Part shown: one piece after another, positions 19,435 through 27,477 of the stretch
How positions within the stretch are numbered: position 1 is the stretch's first letter
Layout of the letters: each line of letters starts with the position of its first letter
Notes under the pieces: generated by a model
What the model saw: the letters and a program-made list of their open reading frames with translations, nothing else
Database searches by the model: none
Told to the model about the DNA's origin: nothing
IMG/VR virus record: IMGVR_UViG_3300025896_000079
Location: 1 to 36,669 of that record
DNA: 36,669 nt
Strand: one strand, 5' to 3'
Source: a virus
Taxonomy: Duplodnaviria; Caudoviricetes
Made by a program: the position numbers and the translations under genes

Positions 19435-19584
19435 TTATCCGGTTCTCTTTGACCTTGACACTGACCTTGACATTGTCCTTGATACTGACCTTGAGTATGA
19501 CACTGACCATGACCCCGATCTTGACCTTGATCCCGATTTTGGCATTGATCTTTCGTATCCCAATCGCAACTGCGCTTGATTCAT
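19435..19584 (-). CDS. Ser-X dipeptide repeat peptide (49 aa; frame not shown in ORF track)
   Basis: MNQAQLRLGYERSMPKSGSRSRSGSWSVSYSRSVSRTMSRSVSRSKRTG*, built from a TCANNN hexamer repeat. Confidence 0.65.
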   Translation of the reverse strand: MNQAQLRLGYERSMPKSGSRSRSGSWSVSYSRSVSRTMSRSVSRSKRTG

Positions 19585-19595
19585 ATAAACCTACT

Positions 19596-19931
19596 TCATT
19601 TTTGTTTCCGATATAATTTAATAATCTTTGTCGCATCTACTATTGAACCCTTAGAAACTATACAATCATTAATAAATGGCTCTACCTCATTAAATTTATC
19701 ACTATCTTTTAAAGCATCATGAAAACGATTCGTGTCAGCAATCCAATCTGCTTGCTCTAAAACTAAAAACTGCGATGTTTTACTTTTCACCTGTCCAGTC
19801 AGTGTAAATGTTACTGTTCTAATTAAATACTTCTCGCCAATTTCAAATGGGCAATCGTCCGCTATAGACTGACTACTGAACAAGTTTCTAAGTTCTTTAA
19901 TTTGCCCTAGTGTTAAATCATTTAAATTCAT
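19596..19931 (-). CDS. Hypothetical phage protein (small beta-barrel-like)
   Basis: IGEKYLIRTVTFTLTGQV...LEQADWIADTNRF; AGGAG RBS. Confidence 0.75.
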   Translation of the reverse strand: MNLNDLTLGQIKELRNLFSSQSIADDCPFEIGEKYLIRTVTFTLTGQVKSKTSQFLVLEQADWIADTNRFHDALKDSDKFNEVEPFINDCIVSKGSIVDATKIIKLYRKQK

Positions 19932-19932
19932 C

Positions 19933-20091
19933 TTAATTCTCCTTTTGTTTTATTATCCTTCTCACCAACTCCAGCTTATGCGCCTTCATTAGTTGATATT
20001 TTAGAAACTGTACATTAACACCAAAGTGATCAGCCAAACCCTTCATTGTCTTATAGAGAGGCGCTGTAAATATTACCTGGTCGATGTTCAC
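19933..20091 (-). CDS. Small HTH-like protein, copy 1
   Basis: GTG start overlapping the upstream TGA; MKGLADHFGVNVQFLKYQL; paralogue at 21493-21636. Confidence 0.65.
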   Translation of the reverse strand: MNIDQVIFTAPLYKTMKGLADHFGVNVQFLKYQLMKAHKLELVRRIIKQKEN

Positions 20092-20204
20092 CGAATAGCT
20101 CTCTTTATATCCAACAACCACAATGCAACTGTCACAAGACCTAGCAAGTGAATAAAAAAGAACACCACTAGAAATTCTAACAACAATTCATTAGTTACTT
20201 TCAT
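20088..20204 (-). CDS. 38-aa membrane peptide, copy 1
   Basis: MKVTNELLLEFLVVFFFIHLLGLVTVALWLLDIKRAIR*; paralogue at 21767-21883. Confidence 0.7.
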   Translation of the reverse strand: MKVTNELLLEFLVVFFFIHLLGLVTVALWLLDIKRAIR

Positions 20205-20206
20205 AA

Positions 20207-21268
20207 TCAATCCTCAACTATCTTACCAGTGAACTCAACTGATATGTCATGCAGCCTTAATTGTTTTAATAACTCTGCAAATTCACCATTACTCGGTAAG
20301 TTATCACTGTCAACTTCGCCATTCTCGTCAATCCAGAACGTGCATATAGTTTGATCATTATGTTCTTTATAAACTCTCTGCTGTAGATATTCCATTATCT
20401 TAACCTCTCAACTAGCCATTCAGCTAATATCTTCAGTGTAACTGCACTAAAACAAATACCGACAAACAAAACCCAATAAATGCTTTACTAACTGTATAGT
20501 GATAGCCACAAATAGTTACATATTCGTGTAATTCATCTATATGCTCATCAAATAGTTCCAGTGCCTCATGTTCTTTCATCTCTCTCTCCTTGTTTCATTT
20601 ACAAAAATAATCAATTGGATTATTCCAGTTATTAACATAGATACACCTAGTAGTTTTAAAGCTATTTCGTCACTCATTCGCACTCTCCTAGATACCTGAA
20701 AAGTCTTCTCAGTTTGGTTAGATTCATAGGAAAATAATCACCACCAACCCACTGTAAAGTATGCCCATTTTCATCAACGCGGTATTCACATATACATTCA
20801 CCGCATTTTGAAACGTAAAATCCTGTCCTCATTCGCTCTCCTTAACTCTTCTAATCACTTCAGAATAAAATGGTTCATGATAACCTCGATCAAGCCAAAG
20901 CAACTGATACTCCGTACTCACCAAATAAATAATATATGCCATACCTTGTTCAGTATTGGGTCCGCCCATTTTATTAAAATGAGCTGAATTACTATAGGCT
21001 ATAAAGAGAGCGAACAATTACTCATGGAGATTGTCGTTAAAGTTCATTTTAATCCTTTTATTTCTTTATCGATAAGATCAGCAAACATATGAATCACTAC
21101 AAGTTGGTCATTTAACTTATCAGACAAATACCTTTCTTGTTTTTTCATTTTTAACTTAGTAAGCATAAATGCATCCTGACATACGTAGCAAAAGTCAAAC
21201 CGTTCCCATGCAATGTCTAAATAATCCGTTTCTCTTTTTTTACACTTCAAGCAATGTTTTATTTTCAC
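20207..21268 (-). other. Further small leftward hypothetical ORFs (20207-20395, 20674-20832, 20829-21017, 21044-21268 and shorter ones)
   Basis: Tightly packed ORFs; 21044-21268 has CxxC...CxxC. Confidence 0.55.
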
Positions 21269-21479
21269 TTTTGCCTACAAGGTTAAAGGAATTGGTTTCA
21301 TTGAGGACTCTTTGAAACTGAACTTGAACCCTAACTGATTCAATAATTTGCCTTGCAAGGTTTGCAGTCGCCCTTGCCTGATGAACATCAATGACTCCAT
21401 TTCTTAGGTTTTCAAGCTCATCAAAAAGCATATCTCTTAGTCCTTCTGTGGTTTTTTCATAAACCTTAACTTCTCTCAT
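21240..21479 (-). CDS. Hypothetical phage protein
   Basis: LRDMLFDELENLRNG...QARATANLARQII helical pattern; GAGGAG RBS. Confidence 0.7.
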   Translation of the reverse strand: MREVKVYEKTTEGLRDMLFDELENLRNGVIDVHQARATANLARQIIESVRVQVQFQRVLNETNSFNLVGKSENKTLLEV

Positions 21480-21492
21480 TTCAACTCCTCAG

Positions 21493-21636
21493 TCAATTTA
21501 TCCTTCTAACTAACTCCAGCTTATGCGCCTTCATTAACTGATATTTTAAAAACTGCACATTAACTCCAAAGTGTTTAGCTAAATCAGTCCAGCGTTTATA
21601 CAGTGGTGCTGTAAATATCACTTGATCGATGTTCAC
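21493..21636 (-). CDS. Small HTH-like protein, copy 2
   Basis: MNIDQVIFTAPLYKRWTDLAKHFGVNVQFLKYQLMKAHKLELVRRIN*. Confidence 0.65.
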   Translation of the reverse strand: MNIDQVIFTAPLYKRWTDLAKHFGVNVQFLKYQLMKAHKLELVRRIN

Positions 21637-21770
21637 TTCTTTAATTCCTCTCTAATCAGTTTTCTAATAAAATCAATTTGTCTTTCTATTGGATACGAGG
21701 CAGTGGCGGTAGTTCTTACTTTAAGCTCTGTTAGTTGAACTAGTGTTTTTAATAACAACTCAATTTTCAC
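21633..21770 (-). CDS. 45-aa hypothetical protein between the duplicated gene pair
   Basis: MKIELLLKTLVQLTELKVRTTATASYPIERQIDFIRKLIREELKK*; GTGA overlaps at both ends. Confidence 0.6.
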   Translation of the reverse strand: MKIELLLKTLVQLTELKVRTTATASYPIERQIDFIRKLIREELKK

Positions 21771-21883
21771 TTAATCATTCTCTTCATATCTAATACCCAC
21801 AATGCAATTGTAACAAGCCCAAGCATATGAATAAAAAAGAACACTATAATAAATTCTAATAACATTTCATTACTAATCTTCAT
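21767..21883 (-). CDS. 38-aa membrane peptide, copy 2
   Basis: MKISNEMLLEFIIVFFFIHMLGLVTIALWVLDMKRMIK*. Confidence 0.7.
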   Translation of the reverse strand: MKISNEMLLEFIIVFFFIHMLGLVTIALWVLDMKRMIK

Positions 21884-22038
21884 TTCCCCGATTTCTCCGC
21901 TAAATCCCTCATTATCAATAGCTCTACATACGCAGAGATATTCCCCGTCTTAGTTCTAATTAATTTAATCAATTCTGCACTAAGAGAAATTGATATTCCT
22001 TTACGCTTTAAAGATTCTTTCACCTTTGGTCTTGTCAT
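21880..22038 (-). CDS. Ribbon-helix-helix (Arc/CopG-like) regulator, 52 aa (not in ORF track)
   Basis: MTRPKVKESLKRKGISISLSAELIKLIRTKTGNISAYVELLIMRDL...; alternating ISISL strand plus two helices; GGAG RBS; first gene after a promoter. Confidence 0.7.
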   Translation of the reverse strand: MTRPKVKESLKRKGISISLSAELIKLIRTKTGNISAYVELLIMRDLAEKSGK

Positions 22039-22059
22039 TTCAAATTCTCCGATTTAGTT

Positions 22060-22088
22060 TTTATAGCATTAATATAATAATTATTCAA
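22060..22088 (-). promoter_or_regulatory. Sigma70-type promoter of the leftward small-ORF operon
   Basis: Minus strand TTGAAT-17 nt-TATAAA with an extended -10 TGn. Confidence 0.65.
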
Positions 22089-22443
22089 CTTTGCGTGAAT
22101 ATCTTATAGAGGCATTAAATTTTGAACTCTTAGCCTTGTGGCAAGAGACGCAGATAGCTTGGAGATTGTCTTGAGAACAATACATTTTAAGAACGTAGTC
22201 ATGAAAGTTACCTGTGAAACTTCCAATCTCTACAATGTGATCGACCTCTATAAAACTAGTGTCGGAGTATTCTCTAGAGCATACATCACAATAATAGAGA
22301 TACTTATACTTAGGCTTTCCATTTTTAAAGACACCAATCTTTTTACGCTTGCGATTCTTATTGATACACGCAGAACGCCCTTTCCAAGTTATAGTCCCTC
22401 TTCTCAAAACCTTGATGATGTGATTAATAGTATCTTTATCCAT
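22081..22443 (-). CDS. HNH endonuclease (zinc-finger type)
   Basis: CDVC...EVDHIVE...NLQAICVSCHKAK. Confidence 0.88.
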   Translation of the reverse strand: MDKDTINHIIKVLRRGTITWKGRSACINKNRKRKKIGVFKNGKPKYKYLYYCDVCSREYSDTSFIEVDHIVEIGSFTGNFHDYVLKMYCSQDNLQAICVSCHKAKSSKFNASIRYSRKVE

Positions 22444-22481
22444 TGTACTAGAATGATACCAAAACTTAATAGGAAAACGCC

Positions 22482-24221
22482 ATGATTTTTCTGGATCTAG
22501 AATTCAATACTATTAATGAAGAAATTCTCAATCTCGTTTGTTGTTGCTTATATAATGATGAGACCCAAGAGCGACTTTCCTTTTGGCTTTACAATGATGA
22601 GAATGAAAAGAAAAAGTTACAAAATTACGTAATTGGTATGCCAGCCGATACTTTCGTGGCTTATGCGGTAGTAGCTGAAGCACGTTCATTCTACTCACTT
22701 GGCATTGATCCGACCAATCATCATTGGATTGATCTCTTCTTAGAGTGGCGTTGTCTTACTAATCACAATAATAAATTGATAGTCGGTAATCATTACATTG
22801 ATGGGAAGATTAAATACATTCCAGTCCCTAAAAATAAATGGGATAGAACGGCTGAAGAAAGTGGATATAAACTTAAACACAGTTTAGCTGAAGCCACGTA
22901 TCGTTTGACCGGTGAAATCCGAGACGTTGAACATAAGAATGAGATGCGAGATTTAATCATCTCAAACAATGCAGAATTGATTGAAGAGAATAAAGAATCC
23001 ATCATGCAATATTGTATGGATGACGTTGAACATTTGCCTGCGCTCTACACTAAAATGGTGGAAGAATACGCAAAAGTCTATTCTAAGCAAGACATGAAGA
23101 CTCTAGAAGACGATATGATTTATCGTGGATCTTATGCAGCTCTCACAGCAATTAGAGAATCAAAGGGCTATCCAATTGATTATGATAAAGCACGTAACTT
23201 TTCTAGAAATATTCCTCTCATTCTTGATGAGTGTATGCGCGAGATTAATTCTTTATTCCCACAGATTAAACCCTTTAAGTGGGATAAACTAGAAAATAAA
23301 TTTAAGTGGAATCAGAAATCAACGCGTGAATGGATTGAAAAGTATTACGAGGATTGGGATCGAACCGATGGAACGGACAGGAATCCTTTAGGACAAATCT
23401 CGTTAGCCTTGGAGAGTTGGGAGCGTAAATTTCCATTCAGACATGAATACCCTAAGGACAATTTCGGGGCGCAAATGGTTCGCTACTTGAAAATGAAACA
23501 AGCCTTGTCTGGGTTCAATGCTGGTAAAGGCGGTAAATCTTTTTGGGATGCCGTGGGTTCGGATAAAAGAGTTCGCCCTTACATGAATATTTATGGCGCT
23601 CAAAGTGGGCGTTCTCAACCTGCTTCATCCTCGTTTCTCTTCTTAAAGCCAGCATGGTGTAGAGCTTTAATGATGCCAGCTAAAGGAAAAGCAATTGTAT
23701 CAATCGACTATGGCAGTGAAGAATTCTTTATCTCAGCGTTGATGAGTAAAGACGCTAACATGATTAAGTCCTATCTATCGGGTGACGTTTACACGATGTT
23801 TGGAAAACTTTGTGGGATGATCCCCCCTGATGGGACTAAAGAGTCTCATAAGTATGAGAGGAATTTATGTAAGTCCACTTGTCTTCTAGAAGGTTCATTA
23901 ATTCGTGTAAAAAATAAAGGGTACCTAAAAATTGAAGATATTCTAGAAGGGGATGAGGTATGGGATGGAGAAAAATGGAGGTCTTGTGATGGTTCCAAAC
24001 AAACAGGATACGGTGTTGTTTATAAGGCTTCAGAGTATATTTATTGTACAGACGATCATTTGATCTTAGGGGAAGACGATGAGTGGAGACAAAATAGTTT
24101 TTATAAAGAATCGAAAATATATAAACGGAAAGTTTGCAAAGAAGACTCCGGAGGACTATTTGAACCTGGTTACAGATGGTCAGATGTTTGGTCGATGGCG
24201 TGTAGTCTCTTCCGTTGCTAA
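22482..24221 (+). CDS. polA: Family A DNA polymerase, N-terminal part (466 aa) fused to an N-intein (113 aa)
   Basis: ExoI FLDLEF, ExoIII YCMDDV, GAQSGRS, motif A SIDYGSEE, first half of motif B ERNLCKST, then intein block A CLLEGSLIRV. Confidence 0.92.
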   Translation: MIFLDLEFNTINEEILNLVCCCLYNDETQERLSFWLYNDENEKKKLQNYVIGMPADTFVAYAVVAEARSFYSLGIDPTNHHWIDLFLEWRCLTNHNNKLIVGNHYIDGKIKYIPVPKNKWDRTAEESGYKLKHSLAEATYRLTGEIRDVEHKNEMRDLIISNNAELIEENKESIMQYCMDDVEHLPALYTKMVEEYAKVYSKQDMKTLEDDMIYRGSYAALTAIRESKGYPIDYDKARNFSRNIPLILDECMREINSLFPQIKPFKWDKLENKFKWNQKSTREWIEKYYEDWDRTDGTDRNPLGQISLALESWERKFPFRHEYPKDNFGAQMVRYLKMKQALSGFNAGKGGKSFWDAVGSDKRVRPYMNIYGAQSGRSQPASSSFLFLKPAWCRALMMPAKGKAIVSIDYGSEEFFISALMSKDANMIKSYLSGDVYTMFGKLCGMIPPDGTKESHKYERNLCKSTCLLEGSLIRVKNKGYLKIEDILEGDEVWDGEKWRSCDGSKQTGYGVVYKASEYIYCTDDHLILGEDDEWRQNSFYKESKIYKRKVCKEDSGGLFEPGYRWSDVWSMACSLFRC

Positions 24222-24823
24222 AATAAATAAATACGGTCCTACTATTTTAGTCGAATGCGTACATACTAGAAAATATGTCCTTCTAAGTAGTTTAGAAAGA
24301 GGGATTTCTACTGCATGCCCTAAATGCCCAAGGACGAGAATAGAAAATTATTCTAAGTTGAGAGGACGATGGGAACAAATGATAGATAGGTGTGAAAATC
24401 CAAACAACCCTAAATATGATAGATATGGTGGGAGAGGAATCCGTGTAAGTGAAGAGTTTAAAAATTGTAGATTCTATTGTGGGTATATTCATGCTTTACC
24501 TAAAACAAAAGAACAAAACCATATTGATAGGATAGATAATGATAAAGGGTATGAAAGAGGAAATCTTAGATGGGCGACGGCTAGTGAAAACAATAGAAAT
24601 AAGAACAGCCTTAATTTCGTTGTATTTAATAATAAAAAAATGTGTCTCACAGAATTTATCGAAGAACATACCAACCTATCTAGGACGAGCGTTAAAGCAT
24701 TGCTTAAAAAGAAAATATCTACTGAAGAAATCTCCAAATTCAAGAGAGGGGAAACTTTACGACGTAATTGGCGTACAGAGAAGCTCACGCTATGTCGCTC
24801 TAGATGGTCAGATTTACCATAAT
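23880..24823 (+). mobile_element. Split intein in PolA motif B with a nested out-of-frame HNH endonuclease
   Basis: Cys1 at 23880 and block B CTDDHLI in one frame; block F LYDVIGV and block G IYHN/C (Asn 24821-24823, Cys+1 at 24824) in another frame. Confidence 0.88.
24079..24822 (+). CDS. HNH homing endonuclease
   Basis: GQMFGRWRVV...WEQMIDRC.NP....Y.RYGGRGIRV...HIDRIDNDKGYERGNLRWAT..EN.RN, C-terminal HTH-like region; AGGGG RBS before the ATG. Confidence 0.9.
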   Translation: MSGDKIVFIKNRKYINGKFAKKTPEDYLNLVTDGQMFGRWRVVSSVAKINKYGPTILVECVHTRKYVLLSSLERGISTACPKCPRTRIENYSKLRGRWEQMIDRCENPNNPKYDRYGGRGIRVSEEFKNCRFYCGYIHALPKTKEQNHIDRIDNDKGYERGNLRWATASENNRNKNSLNFVVFNNKKMCLTEFIEEHTNLSRTSVKALLKKKISTEEISKFKRGETLRRNWRTEKLTLCRSRWSDLP

Positions 24824-25447
24824 TGCTTGGGGCTAAGTTACAAGATGAGTAAGTACGGTCTAGCCAATAAACTAACTCAAGATCTTGGCAGAAACTTTAG
24901 TGTGGACGATGCTGAAGATTTAATTGAAAAGTTTTATGATGCGTATTCAGTCTTTCAAGAATGGCAGGATGATTTAATTTATAAGTATGAAAATAAAGAT
25001 CTCAAATACATTAGACTAGCCGATGGATGGACAATCTTCGGTGATAATCCTAACGCTCGTTCAGTCGGGAACGTACCCGTGCAAGGGATGGGAAGTTGTG
25101 TAATGCGCGAAGCAGATCTTCTATGCCATGAGCTTGGATTATATTCTCCCTTCACATTGCATGACGCTCTTTACATTGAAATAGACGCTGATGATTTAAA
25201 AGCAATTGATACTTTCATTTGGTGTATGCGCGAAGGCTTTGCAAGATTCTTCCCTGATCAATTGGAAATTGCAAAACAAATAAGATTAGACGTGTACGCA
25301 TGGTCGCCTGATTATAATGAAGACTCAACACTAATAACTCCCGAGGGTAGAGTAATTGAATGTTCAAACATTTATATAGATTCCCGTGCGGAAAAAGAAT
25401 ACGAATTATTTAGTAAATACTTCGATGACTTATCAATGGACTTATGA
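24539..25447 (+). CDS. polA: C-intein plus family A DNA polymerase C-terminal part (207-aa extein)
   Basis: HN/CLGLSYKMSKYGL completes motif B; N.PVQG and motif C LHDAL present; start inferred at ATG 24539. Confidence 0.88.
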   Translation: MIKGMKEEILDGRRLVKTIEIRTALISLYLIIKKCVSQNLSKNIPTYLGRALKHCLKRKYLLKKSPNSREGKLYDVIGVQRSSRYVALDGQIYHNCLGLSYKMSKYGLANKLTQDLGRNFSVDDAEDLIEKFYDAYSVFQEWQDDLIYKYENKDLKYIRLADGWTIFGDNPNARSVGNVPVQGMGSCVMREADLLCHELGLYSPFTLHDALYIEIDADDLKAIDTFIWCMREGFARFFPDQLEIAKQIRLDVYAWSPDYNEDSTLITPEGRVIECSNIYIDSRAEKEYELFSKYFDDLSMDL

Positions 25448-25539
25448 TAAAAATATTAAGAAAACAATATCCGCTAATAATTTTATGACCTCCACATAAC
25501 GTGAGTGGTCCCAATCAATAGAGCACTGGAGATATTCGT

Positions 25540-25965
25540 ATGAAAAGAACGTACACAATCGTCAAGACACTCACTGGAAAACCAAGAAAATTTAGAAAAT
25601 GGGCAGATTACACAGTTGGGGACATCCTAATTTGTAAGTATCTCGGACCTATTGAAAATAAATTTAGCAAAGAAAAGCCTAATTATTTGGTAGAAATTTA
25701 TGAAACTTTTCTAAAAGATAAAAAAACTCAAGAAGAATGGGTTGAAGGTACTCACGTAGTTTTAAATTCTGCTGGAATTCTTCAAAGAGGTTTATCTAAA
25801 ATAGCTGAACAATCTTTAGTTCAAATTACGTTTCAAGGATCTAATATAATGAAAGGCGGTAACTTTCCCGGTAAAGAAGCTTATGCCGTGGAAGTTATAG
25901 AAATCCGTGAGGATGAAGTAGAAAAAGATGAAGAGGGTTCTTCACACGACGAAGTGGATCTTTAA
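25540..25965 (+). CDS. Putative single-stranded DNA-binding protein
   Basis: 141 aa, OB-fold-like pattern with an acidic tail (EDEVEKDEEGSSHDEVDL), next to the polymerase. Confidence 0.6.
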   Translation: MKRTYTIVKTLTGKPRKFRKWADYTVGDILICKYLGPIENKFSKEKPNYLVEIYETFLKDKKTQEEWVEGTHVVLNSAGILQRGLSKIAEQSLVQITFQGSNIMKGGNFPGKEAYAVEVIEIREDEVEKDEEGSSHDEVDL

Positions 25966-25967
25966 TT

Positions 25968-26882
25968 ATGGAAGGTCTAATTAGTGATATGTCTTCGGAG
26001 GCATATCACTCTTTCCCTAATACATTTAGTTCTTCACAATTGAAGGACGCACTAAAAAACATAAGGATATTTCATAAGAAATATATTTTGAAAGAATATG
26101 AAAAAGAAGAAAACTCTGCTTTTGATGTGGGAACATTTTTTCATAGCTCCATTCTAGAACCCGATAAATTGTTTGATGATTGTGCAGTTTACGAAGGTAT
26201 TCGTAGAGGTAAAGAGTGGACAGCTTTTAAAGAAGCTAATATTGGTAAAGCAATCATTACAAAGTCGGAGCAAGTTCAAGCCGATTTAATGATATCAGCG
26301 GTAAAAGAATCTGAATTAGCTCAATCATTTCTAGCTAAAGGAGTTCCTGAGGTATCTTGCTTTGTTAAAGTCTACGTTTATGCGGGGGATATCTATGCTA
26401 AAGGGTGTATTTTAACCAATGACGGATGGGAGCGCGTCTACTCGGGAGACTTTACACTAGCTATGAAGAACGGTTCTTGTTTGACTCTAAAGGTTCGTGC
26501 CGATTTATTGGGCGAGGACTTTATTTTTGACCTTAAATCTACTACTGGTGATTGTTGCGATGACTTTTTAGTTTCTTCTAAAATATCTAACTACTCATAC
26601 GATCTAAGCGCAGCACTATACCTAGACATTTTCAGCATTGGAACGGATAAAAATTACAAAGACTTTATTTTTTGTTTTGCTTCTAAAGATGTTGGTAATA
26701 CTCAATGTTATGTAGCATCTAAAGACAACATTAGAATTGGTAGGAAAAAGTGGTCTAGTGCAATCAAAACCATAGTTAAGAATATGGAGAGTGATTGGGT
26801 CTTTAAAGAGAAACTACTAGTGATAGAGCCTTCCTATTATGAAAGAAAATGGCTTATAGATAGTGAGATTGTGGAACTATGA
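25968..26882 (+). CDS. PD-(D/E)XK exonuclease, RecE/exonuclease VIII-like (DUF3799 type)
   Basis: YHS...SSSQLK, GTFFHSSILEP, LKVRADLL, FDLKST and Y.LSAALY motifs. Confidence 0.85.
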   Translation: MEGLISDMSSEAYHSFPNTFSSSQLKDALKNIRIFHKKYILKEYEKEENSAFDVGTFFHSSILEPDKLFDDCAVYEGIRRGKEWTAFKEANIGKAIITKSEQVQADLMISAVKESELAQSFLAKGVPEVSCFVKVYVYAGDIYAKGCILTNDGWERVYSGDFTLAMKNGSCLTLKVRADLLGEDFIFDLKSTTGDCCDDFLVSSKISNYSYDLSAALYLDIFSIGTDKNYKDFIFCFASKDVGNTQCYVASKDNIRIGRKKWSSAIKTIVKNMESDWVFKEKLLVIEPSYYERKWLIDSEIVEL

Positions 26883-26986
26883 GTGAAAAACAATGTCCCT
26901 CATGTGGTGAAAGCTTTGAAGGGCAAGATAATGTATGTGATGAATGTTTATTAGATTTAAAGGAGTTACTAGATGAGAGTGTGTGA
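26879..26986 (+). CDS. 35-aa zinc-ribbon peptide (not in ORF track)
   Basis: MSEKQCPSCGESFEGQDNVCDECLLDLKELLDESV*; ATGA overlap with the upstream gene. Confidence 0.65.
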   Translation: MSEKQCPSCGESFEGQDNVCDECLLDLKELLDESV

Positions 26987-27464
26987 AATTAAAGTTGAAG
27001 TTACAATCCCAACTGAGCAATATGGGAATAAGAAGATTACTATGATTGCTTCTCTAGACCCAATGGAAGATCTATTGGCTGCTAGAGAGAATCTAATTAA
27101 GCTTTGTTACGGTCAATCTATTGAAGTTGTAAAGACTCCAATCGAGGCTTATGAGGAAATGGTTGATGCTAAATCGGAAGAAGTAAAAGAGACTTTAGAA
27201 ACTGAAATGGTAGAAGAAACTCCCGTCAAGAAAGCTAAAGCGCCTAGAAAAGTTAAAGTTAAAATGACTCCTTATGACCGTTCAAGTGAATTACATAAGA
27301 AGCTTTTCAGCTCAACACTTGATGTGTTGTTACCTGATTGGAAGAAAGACGCGATTAAAGCTAAAACCGCTTCAATGTTCTTAGAGAAATCAGACTTTTT
27401 AAATGAAGACGGAATCGTTCTAGACTCATTTAAAAGCGCGTTATTAAAAGTTATGTCCGTGTAA
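26973..27464 (+). CDS. Hypothetical protein
   Basis: 163 aa, AAGGAG RBS, N-terminal TIPTEQYGN motif. Confidence 0.7.
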   Translation: MRVCEIKVEVTIPTEQYGNKKITMIASLDPMEDLLAARENLIKLCYGQSIEVVKTPIEAYEEMVDAKSEEVKETLETEMVEETPVKKAKAPRKVKVKMTPYDRSSELHKKLFSSTLDVLLPDWKKDAIKAKTASMFLEKSDFLNEDGIVLDSFKSALLKVMSV

Positions 27465-27477
27465 GTATTTAAAATCT

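Noticed and set aside
19441-19540. Possible CRISPR-like or iteron array
   Set aside because: A 6-nt periodic coding repeat with no constant repeat and unique spacer structure.
19377-19636. Track ORFs 19421..19636(-) and 19377..19616(+)
   Set aside because: Probably open only because of the hexamer repeat; the Ser-X frame 19584..19435 fits the operon spacing without large overlaps.
24068-24753. Group I intron or T4 gene 60-style ribosomal hop between the two AGGGGAA 7-mers (24068 and 24747)
   Set aside because: The interval is entirely protein-coding and I see no intron core elements. No stop codon follows the putative take-off GGG, and the joined intein (~88 aa) would be too short for a Hint fold.
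25448-25539. tRNA or riboswitch in the pol-SSB spacer (GACC-TCCAC-ATAAC-GTGAGT-GGTC)
   Set aside because: Only a small imperfect hairpin; no cloverleaf or recognisable aptamer.
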